DNA of 34,631 nt, taken from a virus (taxonomy: Duplodnaviria; Caudoviricetes). Under the pieces are notes generated by a model. That model saw only the letters and a program-made list of their open reading frames with translations. It ran no database searches and was not told where the DNA came from. The DNA lies in the IMG/VR virus record IMGVR_UViG_3300009426_000626, positions 1-34,631 of that record, one strand, 5' to 3'. The translations under genes and the position numbers were made by a program. Below are positions 8,925 through 16,422 of this stretch, piece after piece (the stretch's first letter is position 1; every line of letters begins with the position of its first letter).

Positions 8925-9714
8925 GTATTTGAATATTCTCTATTAATAAATCAGCAACAATTTTATGTGTGTTAGGACCAGGGTGAACTCCATCTCTTGC
9001 AAAATCAACAGTTCTAGTATAAGGAATTTGCAGTGTTTCAGACGAGTCAGGAGTTGCAGTCCAATTAAAAACTGGTATGTCACGATCACTTAACCATTTG
9101 GTTACAATATGAAATGAGCGCATAGCTTCATAATAAAAAATTTCTTCATCCAATAGAACAATATTCTCAAAAATTTTAAATCTTATGTCTGCTTCATCAA
9201 AATGCACATTACATATATGTTCTGTTCCGTTACCAAACAGCGTAAACCTAGTAATTGGCGGCCATTCAAGTATCATAAACGCAGGTAATTTTGGTGTATT
9301 TGTTAATAAATGTAACACTTGTTCTTTAACATAATTACAGCTTGCACCTGGTTGTCCGATATTGATAATTGGAATACCGTTATCTTGCTCAAGTAACGAA
9401 TCAAATCTATCTTCAACGTGTAAAGACGATCCCCAAGTATGACTTGATCCTATCGCTACTCCATATTTTTCATAGTCTGCTGGGTACACAAACTTTGACC
9501 TGTATCCCATCTCATTTATTGTATATATAATAGGATCATGCTCGTGATTTAAATATCTGTCAGATATTTTACCAGCCTGCACGGCGATATCAAAAAGTTC
9601 ACGTTCCCCCTCAAACCACGTATATGGGACAACTGGCCCATATCTTTTGATATAATTATGGGCTAAATTATTATTAGCTTTATCTCTAAATGATTGCATT
9701 TTATTTCTGTTCAT
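8917..9714 (-). CDS. SGNH/GDSL-family hydrolase or acyltransferase-like protein
   Basis: Block I IGSSHTWG, block II NIGQPGAS, block V DGVHPG. Confidence 0.75.
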   Translation of the reverse strand: MNRNKMQSFRDKANNNLAHNYIKRYGPVVPYTWFEGERELFDIAVQAGKISDRYLNHEHDPIIYTINEMGYRSKFVYPADYEKYGVAIGSSHTWGSSLHVEDRFDSLLEQDNGIPIINIGQPGASCNYVKEQVLHLLTNTPKLPAFMILEWPPITRFTLFGNGTEHICNVHFDEADIRFKIFENIVLLDEEIFYYEAMRSFHIVTKWLSDRDIPVFNWTATPDSSETLQIPYTRTVDFARDGVHPGPNTHKIVADLLIENIQIHV

Positions 9715-9934
9715 TGTTTACTAACCTTACTTCAACGCCTGGACCTACTTGATCAGGCCAGCCGCCATATTCACCAATGTACCATTCAATCACAGCACGG
9801 TACCAATTGTGACTGTTGTGGTGTGCTTGTCTGTTGAATTGCCAAATGTTGTCATTACTCGCAACTATTGCACTCAACGCCCTTGCGCTAAGTGTTTGCA
9901 TTTCTCTAACAGATAGTTTGTCTAAGCTTCTCAT
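9701..9934 (-). CDS. Small hypothetical protein (77 aa, Trp/His-rich)
   Basis: Exactly fills the gap between its neighbours, with an ATGA overlap at 9931-9934. Confidence 0.7.
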   Translation of the reverse strand: MRSLDKLSVREMQTLSARALSAIVASNDNIWQFNRQAHHNSHNWYRAVIEWYIGEYGGWPDQVGPGVEVRLVNNEQK

Positions 9935-10887
9935 TTAATTCCAATTCGCATAAATCTAGTGTAGTCTAGTAAATCTAATCCACCACTATAAAGGACCTCT
10001 GTCATTGGTGTTTGAGCAGAAAAACTGTCCAAGTCTGGCGATGTGTTAACATGCTCATCTATATCGTCATAATTGTTGCTCTGTAGTATTACCAGTTTGT
10101 CAGCAGGAATCTTTGCGTACCACGTTGCAAAGTCCTCAATGTGCTCGCAACTTGTGTTAATCACTGTATTAGGCACGTCTGTAATAGGATAGCTCATGCG
10201 CTCGTTGCTGCTACTCCATGCACGCCAATTGTGACACACAAAATCAATATTGTGTATGTCTTCTGTTACGGCTTTAAACTTCCAGGTATCACTAAACCAA
10301 GGCAAGTTAAACTTGTCAGCAATTGTCACAACGTCTGGATCAATGTCAAAACTGCGCACTCTATCCACTTTGAGGTCATGTTCAAACATCAATGTAGCTA
10401 GCAATCCATACCAGCCTGCACAAAGGAACACTGTACCCAAATCTAAGTCTAAAATTTTGAGCTCATTTATCATCCACATTTTGCTTTTTAGCTGTCCTTG
10501 GCTCATTGCGTCGCCGTTCCATTGGATGCCACTTGCGTGTAAGCTTTTAATTGTACGTACAATCTGATTGTCTCGTACATCTAACAACAGTCGATAAAGG
10601 CTCCATTCATTATCATGAAAGATGAACTTGCGTAAGTCGCCCTGGTCGATCCACTCGCTCTCACGTATGTCATAGTTTTCCTCTACCCTGTCAAATAAAC
10701 TGTATAGATCTTTCGACACGTCGTCAAGTAGTTTTATATTTTTTATCTTGACATCGTGTTGGTAAGCTAATAGCCTAATGATGCTAGGTTTGTGGTGATT
10801 AAAGTATGCTAAACGTAGAGCTGTAAACTTCTTTTCATTTGGATACAGAATTTCCATCCTGTTGATCAATGCATTGTTAGGAAGCAT
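9931..10887 (-). CDS. Putative class I SAM-dependent methyltransferase-like protein with N-terminal extension
   Basis: Motif I-like VFLCAGWYG, acidic strand II RSFDID, and VINTSCEH. Start moved to MLPNN (ATG 10887, GGAGG upstream). Confidence 0.6.
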   Translation of the reverse strand: MLPNNALINRMEILYPNEKKFTALRLAYFNHHKPSIIRLLAYQHDVKIKNIKLLDDVSKDLYSLFDRVEENYDIRESEWIDQGDLRKFIFHDNEWSLYRLLLDVRDNQIVRTIKSLHASGIQWNGDAMSQGQLKSKMWMINELKILDLDLGTVFLCAGWYGLLATLMFEHDLKVDRVRSFDIDPDVVTIADKFNLPWFSDTWKFKAVTEDIHNIDFVCHNWRAWSSSNERMSYPITDVPNTVINTSCEHIEDFATWYAKIPADKLVILQSNNYDDIDEHVNTSPDLDSFSAQTPMTEVLYSGGLDLLDYTRFMRIGIK

Positions 10888-11584
10888 GTGATTCAAATAC
10901 CTCCCGTAGCCAATCAAAGTCGTTTATCTTACCAAGGATGCGCGGCTTATCTTTGTAACGTTCTCCAAAATCGCGGCCTTGTCTAGCGCCGAGTAAACAA
11001 AACTCACCATAGTTGCGCTTCGCACCACGTTCACACCAAACGTTGAGGCGATATTCATTGTCCGTATTATCCCCATTTGGAATAATAGCTGACGCAAGCT
11101 TTGTGCACTCACGAAATGCACTTTTCCATGTATTGAAGGGGTCAGTATTGAAAGCTGTAGTATTGCTGATTTGAAATTTCGGGACAAAAGTTGCTCCAAT
11201 TGTTGTAGTCATATCTACGTTCCAATGTTCTGCCTCTAGCAGTTTTTTCTTAGGAAATAGTTTTGCGCCGCCGTAACCATAAAGTAAATCATTTATAGGA
11301 TTACGACTACGCCACACAAAAACGCACTCAGTCTCTGGGATCGTTTCATATACGAAGCGGTCCGGACTGGGTGTGAATTTAAACGTGAATTCTTCTTCAA
11401 TAATTGAGTCTGCATCAATTACATAGAAGTGGCTAGTTTTGCTTTGCCGTGCACATTCCTGGTGAGCTTCAAAGATGCCTTTGATGCCTTGCACCCTTTT
11501 TGCATTGGGCGCAAACATCTGTAGTATTTCAAAGTTATCATCAGCAAACGGCTCGTTATAGCTCAGAAAGAATATATCAAGCAT
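10877..11584 (-). CDS. GT-A fold (GT2-like) glycosyltransferase
   Basis: DIFFLSYNEP N-terminal strand and DxD motif VIDAD. Clear paralog of 22587..23582. Confidence 0.75.
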   Translation of the reverse strand: MLDIFFLSYNEPFADDNFEILQMFAPNAKRVQGIKGIFEAHQECARQSKTSHFYVIDADSIIEEEFTFKFTPSPDRFVYETIPETECVFVWRSRNPINDLLYGYGGAKLFPKKKLLEAEHWNVDMTTTIGATFVPKFQISNTTAFNTDPFNTWKSAFRECTKLASAIIPNGDNTDNEYRLNVWCERGAKRNYGEFCLLGARQGRDFGERYKDKPRILGKINDFDWLREVFESHAS

Positions 11585-11600
11585 GTTTGTCCTTTGTTTA

Positions 11601-11629
11601 AGTATATGGTAAAATTAACAGAATGTCAA
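11601..11629 (-). promoter_or_regulatory. sigma70-type promoter upstream of the GT2-like gene
   Basis: TTGACA-17 nt-TATACT on the minus strand, followed by AAGGA and the ATG at 11584. Confidence 0.85.
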
Positions 11630-11715
11630 TCGTAGATAAATGGATCCTGTTTGGCCAACTTCTTGATCCGGCGCTTACGCTTCCATTTAGCTATTTTATT
11701 CTTAATCCATTTCAT
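11626..11715 (-). CDS. 29-aa basic peptide MKWIKNKIAKWKRKRRIKKLAKQDPFIYD, coupled to the carbamoyltransferase
   Basis: ATG overlaps the carbamoyltransferase stop (ATGA at 11715-11712). TGA at 11628-11626. Below the ORF-track size cutoff. Confidence 0.7.
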   Translation of the reverse strand: MKWIKNKIAKWKRKRRIKKLAKQDPFIYD

Positions 11716-13208
11716 CGTGGGGTCCTAACTGGGACGCCGTAAAGCTTACTCCAGCGTTCTGCGTCCTCTTTACTATTTACCAAAGGCTCACCACGTATAT
11801 TGAGACTGGTATTGAGCAGCATAGGGCAGCCTGTCTCACCATGCCAACGTTCAAGCAATCGTCTAAATCCACGTTGCTCATATATATTGGTTTTACCTAC
11901 AGTTTGCACACGGCTAGTTTCATCAATATGAACTATGCCTGGAAATGCCTTAGGTGCCTTACACCAAGTAGCAAATTGCATGTATGGTGCCTCCCATCCC
12001 TTGTGTGGAATTTGGAAATAGTGATTAACATGCTCTTTCAATATAGCAGGGGCAAATGGGCGAAAAGACTCACGTTGCTTGAGTTTGTTAACACGGTCTT
12101 TGACGTCATGCAATCTTGGATCTGCTAGTATGCTGCGATTGCCCAGGGCGCGTGGGCCAAACTCGGCGCGTCCTGTTGCAACAGCACTTACACCTACTGT
12201 CAGCAAGTCGGAGATCACGTCGTCTATAGGGTAATCACCAGGTATGTCTGTTCCTAAGTATGCATCAGGCATGTGCAGTTTTTCTGGGTTGTGGGCAAGT
12301 ATGGCGCCTAAGCTGCTGCCTGCATCGCCTGGATTAGGTGGAATCCAAACTCGATCATATTTGTGATAGGCTTCATAGTTGGCAACGCAATTGAGGGCAC
12401 AACCACCTACAATGACAAGATTTTGGTTATTTGACTTCCTAGTAAACTCTAGCAATCCAAAGAAGATCTCTTCATAAATTGCCTGCACTGCGGCAGCAAT
12501 ATCAGCCAAGTCTTGTACTGTGTTCAAATCAGGGCGCCAGTTCTGACATCCACGATGCAAGTTTTCCTTGAACACTACGTTGAAGTTATATTGGCTTGGC
12601 AACTGTACAAAGAAGTCTTTGAGTATAAGATTATAGTATTTGCTCCGATCTCCAACCGCTGCCATTCCCATAAGAATGTATTCGTGCTCTTGCGGCTTTA
12701 ATCCTAAGCGTTGTGTCATTGCGCTGTACCAAAGTCCCACACTGTTGGGATAATTTTGGCTGGCTATCTTTTTGAGACCAGTAGCAGAGCCTGCCTGCCA
12801 GTAACTCAGCGTTTCATATTCACCGATGCTATCAATTACTAACACATCTGCTACGGCAAAAGGCGAGGTGTAGAAACCATAAGCTGCATGGCTATGATGA
12901 TGCCTTGTTGTATGATGATATTTGTTGACACCAAATTGCTTGAGATAGCTGCGCGGGCTTTGCTTCCAGATCAGTTCGCGTTGGCCAGCCTGAAATTGGC
13001 GGCACTTTTTAAGCCAAGGTGTTTCATAGTAATACACCTTATCTGGATACCCATACGCAAGTGCTTCAGCTATTTGGTCTGGGTGTAGGTTTTTGTCGTT
13101 TTTGATGCGGCTGTAACGCTCACCGTGGCTGGCGTAGACTACTTTACCGTCTATCATCACAGACAGTGCAGCGTCGTGGCTCATGCCGCTCCATCCCCAT
13201 TGAATCAT
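11712..13208 (-). CDS. Carbamoyltransferase, CmcH/NodU/TobZ family
   Basis: HDAA, ERYSRIK, HHHSHAA, EYILMGMA, GGCALNCVAN, GDAGSSLGA, EFGPRALGNRSILADP, FRPFAP and LLNTSLN motifs. Start MIQWG at 13208 with AGGAG. Confidence 0.95.
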   Translation of the reverse strand: MIQWGWSGMSHDAALSVMIDGKVVYASHGERYSRIKNDKNLHPDQIAEALAYGYPDKVYYYETPWLKKCRQFQAGQRELIWKQSPRSYLKQFGVNKYHHTTRHHHSHAAYGFYTSPFAVADVLVIDSIGEYETLSYWQAGSATGLKKIASQNYPNSVGLWYSAMTQRLGLKPQEHEYILMGMAAVGDRSKYYNLILKDFFVQLPSQYNFNVVFKENLHRGCQNWRPDLNTVQDLADIAAAVQAIYEEIFFGLLEFTRKSNNQNLVIVGGCALNCVANYEAYHKYDRVWIPPNPGDAGSSLGAILAHNPEKLHMPDAYLGTDIPGDYPIDDVISDLLTVGVSAVATGRAEFGPRALGNRSILADPRLHDVKDRVNKLKQRESFRPFAPAILKEHVNHYFQIPHKGWEAPYMQFATWCKAPKAFPGIVHIDETSRVQTVGKTNIYEQRGFRRLLERWHGETGCPMLLNTSLNIRGEPLVNSKEDAERWSKLYGVPVRTPR

Positions 13209-13234
13209 TAAACGTCGTCTCCTGCATGTACGGA

Positions 13235-13263
13235 AATTGGCAACGAACAAGTCGCTGCCAATT
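13235..13263 (-). other. Intergenic RNA hairpin (possible terminator or 5' leader structure)
   Basis: Minus strand AATTGGCAGCGA-CTTGT-TCGTTGCCAATT forms a 12-bp stem with one G.U pair. Only a weak U tract follows. Confidence 0.55.
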
Positions 13264-13267
13264 CAAA

Positions 13268-13277
13268 AGTATTTAGT
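13268..13277 (-). promoter_or_regulatory. Putative phage late promoter ACTAAATACT upstream of the carbamoyltransferase
   Basis: The same 10-mer is found in two intergenic gaps of the structural module. It resembles the T4 late promoter TATAAATA. Confidence 0.6.
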
Positions 13278-13283
13278 AAGTGC

Positions 13284-14036
13284 TTAGTACGTGCCGTTTG
13301 TAAACTTAAGGTCAGGATCAAGGTCACCGTTCATAATTTCCTGGATCCAAGCAGTGCCTGTCGCAGTGAACGTGTTGTACGCAATCACACCATACTTGTG
13401 TGGGAAGTGCATGTGGTACAAGCTGTTGAGCTTCATCTTGTTGTCAAAGCCTTCATTTGAATCTGGGTACTGGTTAAGCACTTGCTCACGTGTCTCGTCG
13501 CTTAACGACATCAGTTGCACAATGTAGGCAACAAACTCTTGTGCGCCGCCTCCGAGCTTTTCAGAGCGGTTAAGGCCACCGTTATCGATCCAAATCTGGT
13601 CTGTAATCGAGTGGGACACTTCGTGGGTTACAATCGACGCCCAAAGTTCGTCAGTCATTGCAAGTCCGGTGGTCTTATCAGCTTGGTCCGCAATAAACAC
13701 AAAACGCTCTTTTGCGTAGTCAGTCGTCGGGCTTGAAACTTGGATGCTTTTGATTTTGGTGTCGTAAATTCCGAACACACGGTAGTCAGGATCTCCGGGC
13801 TTCAAGTAATAAACTTCGTCTTCAATATTGACGTCGACAGTGTAGGTCAGTTTGTCATAACCTAGGTCATCTTCAAAAATTTGGATTGCTTTAATTGCTC
13901 CGCCACATGCGAGGTCAAACACTGCTGAGTCAGCGGCAGTAATTGTAATATCATGCTCACCGTACTCACAATCTGCGGCAGTGGCAGTTGTTGCAACGGT
14001 GGCAAGTAGTGCAGCGATTATTGTCTTGTTAAACAT
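13284..14036 (-). CDS. Secreted zincin-like (HExxH) putative metallopeptidase
   Basis: Signal peptide MFNKTIIAALLATVATTATA|AD, HEVSH motif, and downstream QEFVAY (candidate third ligand). Strong AAGGAG RBS; ATG at 14036. Confidence 0.7.
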   Translation of the reverse strand: MFNKTIIAALLATVATTATAADCEYGEHDITITAADSAVFDLACGGAIKAIQIFEDDLGYDKLTYTVDVNIEDEVYYLKPGDPDYRVFGIYDTKIKSIQVSSPTTDYAKERFVFIADQADKTTGLAMTDELWASIVTHEVSHSITDQIWIDNGGLNRSEKLGGGAQEFVAYIVQLMSLSDETREQVLNQYPDSNEGFDNKMKLNSLYHMHFPHKYGVIAYNTFTATGTAWIQEIMNGDLDPDLKFTNGTY

Positions 14037-14062
14037 GTAATATCTCCTTTGCTTACAATACC

Positions 14063-14091
14063 AATATAGCAGCAAAGTGCCTTGGTGTCAA
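14063..14091 (-). promoter_or_regulatory. sigma70-type promoter upstream of the secreted HExxH gene
   Basis: TTGACA-17 nt-TATATT on the minus strand. Confidence 0.85.
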
Positions 14092-14099
14092 GCCTTTTC

Positions 14100-14843
14100 T
14101 TAGGTTTTTCCAAATAAATGCTTGACTATTCCATCTTTAATCTCTATATTCTTGTTCTCAAATCCTCTTAAAGAGTCAGATATTTGTGTATACACATCAT
14201 CATAGTTACTTATGAATGGTTCGACTGGCGGATTTTCAACCAATATGTTATGTCGTATATGTAATTTATTAAGTGCTTCATCACAATATCCGCTGTTGAA
14301 CCAATCTGTTTTTGGATCATATGTAAGATCTTCTTTGAATATAATATTGTCATAACTCACATTATACAACGCACCAAATTTGTACGTGACCAGATGAATT
14401 GTGGTATGCACGATATGGATAACTTCATTAATTGTTTCATAAGTTACAGTAGACGGTTTAATTTCAATTTGTTTATCTGTTTTGAATGTATGCCAAAAGT
14501 CACTTGTACGTCCACGAACCAAACTCATTGCCATGTCAACCAGGTTGCGCCTGAACAGCAACGTGAAGTGTGTTGCACAATCTGTAAATAAAACTTTCTT
14601 CTGCAGTTCTGTTAATGTTTCAAAATGATTCGCATGTGAGACCACAACGCAACGTTTTGCATTGTAAATATTATCAATTTGTTCGGCGTGTGATTTTTTA
14701 CTTTGTATTGAGTTAAATGGCTCTTTACGGATTTTACAAGGAAGAACATATTGTTCAGGAGAGTTATAATCTGTATACGCTTTAAACAAATATGTGCTTG
14801 CAGTCCTGGGCATTGATATCACAAATATCTTTTTATTACTCAT
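14100..14843 (-). CDS. Sulfotransferase-like protein (Stf0-like, P-loop fold)
   Basis: 5'-PSB-like VISMPRTASTYL and 3'-PB-like LLFRRNLVDMAMSL...WH. Confidence 0.7.
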   Translation of the reverse strand: MSNKKIFVISMPRTASTYLFKAYTDYNSPEQYVLPCKIRKEPFNSIQSKKSHAEQIDNIYNAKRCVVVSHANHFETLTELQKKVLFTDCATHFTLLFRRNLVDMAMSLVRGRTSDFWHTFKTDKQIEIKPSTVTYETINEVIHIVHTTIHLVTYKFGALYNVSYDNIIFKEDLTYDPKTDWFNSGYCDEALNKLHIRHNILVENPPVEPFISNYDDVYTQISDSLRGFENKNIEIKDGIVKHLFGKT

Positions 14844-15715
14844 CTTGCTATGAACCCAACTACTGCCCCTGCTGTAAATATCTTGCGTAGGTCATCTGGA
14901 TTATCCGTAATTTTCATGGTAAAAAACTTACCAGTCCAGGGCAATTTAAATGTAACAGTGTCTGCCGTGTCTGGCAAGTAGAAGTTAACGAATTGCATAA
15001 ATCTTAGATGATGGAATTCAGGGTATTCAATAAATCCTTGCTGATCTGGTGACATCCAATCAGTGTGATAACTGTAAACATGCATATGCGTAATTTTGCC
15101 GTTAATTGTGTCTATAAACCCAATGGGGGCACCTTGGTAAGTCTTTTGCAAATCTTTAAGTGTTCTGATTCGATAGTTGTTACTGATAACTGTAACAGGC
15201 TCTTTTATCCAGGACTTATCATTTGGGCGCATCAACAATACACGTAACGGTTTGTCAAGCATTTGATGTGCTTGGCTTAGTGTGCTGCCTGGATGGACTG
15301 TATTATTGAAAATATTACTGAGGACCGGTGGCGAACGAACAGGGTTAGTTGCCATCTCACAACTAACGACTAGAAGTCGCATTATCCTACTAAACAATGC
15401 CTCATAATTTACAGTATCAGTATGGCTAACTTGCTCCAAGCATTTCATTACACTCAGCCCTTGTACGTCGTTCTTTGTGTAAGTATTATCCCAGCATGAC
15501 GGATCTAAATTACCGTCAGACCACAACTGACTAAGCTTTAGTTTCCTGGCGTCAACAAAACAATCAATAAGTGTATACTGTTTTAACACACGTAACCAAT
15601 CAGCATATGTAGGAGTCGCAAGCGTCTTGTCTTTATGATATTTGTGTGTCAACAGACTGTAATTGACACCCTCGTCTCGCCGCAAAAATATCTTTTCAAA
15701 AAGATCTTCTTCCAT
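14840..15715 (-). CDS. Hypothetical protein, possible ParB/Srx-like segment
   Basis: Long ORF coupled at both ends (TAATG at 15715, ATGA at 14840). Contains PPVL...VHPGST. Confidence 0.65.
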   Translation of the reverse strand: MEEDLFEKIFLRRDEGVNYSLLTHKYHKDKTLATPTYADWLRVLKQYTLIDCFVDARKLKLSQLWSDGNLDPSCWDNTYTKNDVQGLSVMKCLEQVSHTDTVNYEALFSRIMRLLVVSCEMATNPVRSPPVLSNIFNNTVHPGSTLSQAHQMLDKPLRVLLMRPNDKSWIKEPVTVISNNYRIRTLKDLQKTYQGAPIGFIDTINGKITHMHVYSYHTDWMSPDQQGFIEYPEFHHLRFMQFVNFYLPDTADTVTFKLPWTGKFFTMKITDNPDDLRKIFTAGAVVGFIAR

Positions 15716-16422
15716 TACCAAACCATTGGCATTTCTGCCACAAGGCGTTGCAGTTCATCTGATGTTTGAGTAGAGTCTATCTTCTTAAATAGATCAAAAT
15801 CTTCTCTATACTTTACGAGCATTCCTGCATTGACTGACACTTCTACTAATTCAAGGTTGCCAGGAAACAATCCAGGAAAACCGTTTGCACGGTGTGATAC
15901 ATACGTGTCACGGTTCCAACCCATGCAGCTATACACAAATCGTTGTACTGGCATCAAGTCCTGGGTCTTTTCAAATGCCACATTAGGATCGTAATTGATG
16001 GGCGTACCACCAATTGCACAGTGTTGTCGTAGCGTGTTGACTGCCATCACTGCATCAACACCGTCCATTGAAAGAGTGCTAGCGCAATTCGTAATGTCCT
16101 CGATAGATTGTAAAGGACTAACGCTATTAACCCATAGCATTGACTCGCAATCATACGCGTCAAACATAATATCCATCACAGTGTCAGTCGAAGTGCTACT
16201 GCTCGCCTGCTCTGTTGTACGCTTATGAAATTCTACATTACCATGACCACAGTATTGATCAAAATATTCGTCATCGCTAGTTATAACAATTTTATCAAAC
16301 ATCTTTGATTGCAAACATTTGTCACGAGCAATCTCAACGATGTTACGGCTGTTGAAGTCTAAGTAATTCTTCCTTGGCAACCGCTCGCTGCCGCTTCGGG
16401 CTGGTATCAATGCTATCTTCAT
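15715..16422 (-). CDS. neuA: Acylneuraminate (CMP-nonulosonate) cytidylyltransferase, NeuA/PseF-like
   Basis: IALIPARSGSERLPRKN, FDKIVITSDD and SPL motifs. Start MKIAL at 16422 with GGAG. Confidence 0.85.
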   Translation of the reverse strand: MKIALIPARSGSERLPRKNYLDFNSRNIVEIARDKCLQSKMFDKIVITSDDEYFDQYCGHGNVEFHKRTTEQASSSTSTDTVMDIMFDAYDCESMLWVNSVSPLQSIEDITNCASTLSMDGVDAVMAVNTLRQHCAIGGTPINYDPNVAFEKTQDLMPVQRFVYSCMGWNRDTYVSHRANGFPGLFPGNLELVEVSVNAGMLVKYREDFDLFKKIDSTQTSDELQRLVAEMPMVW

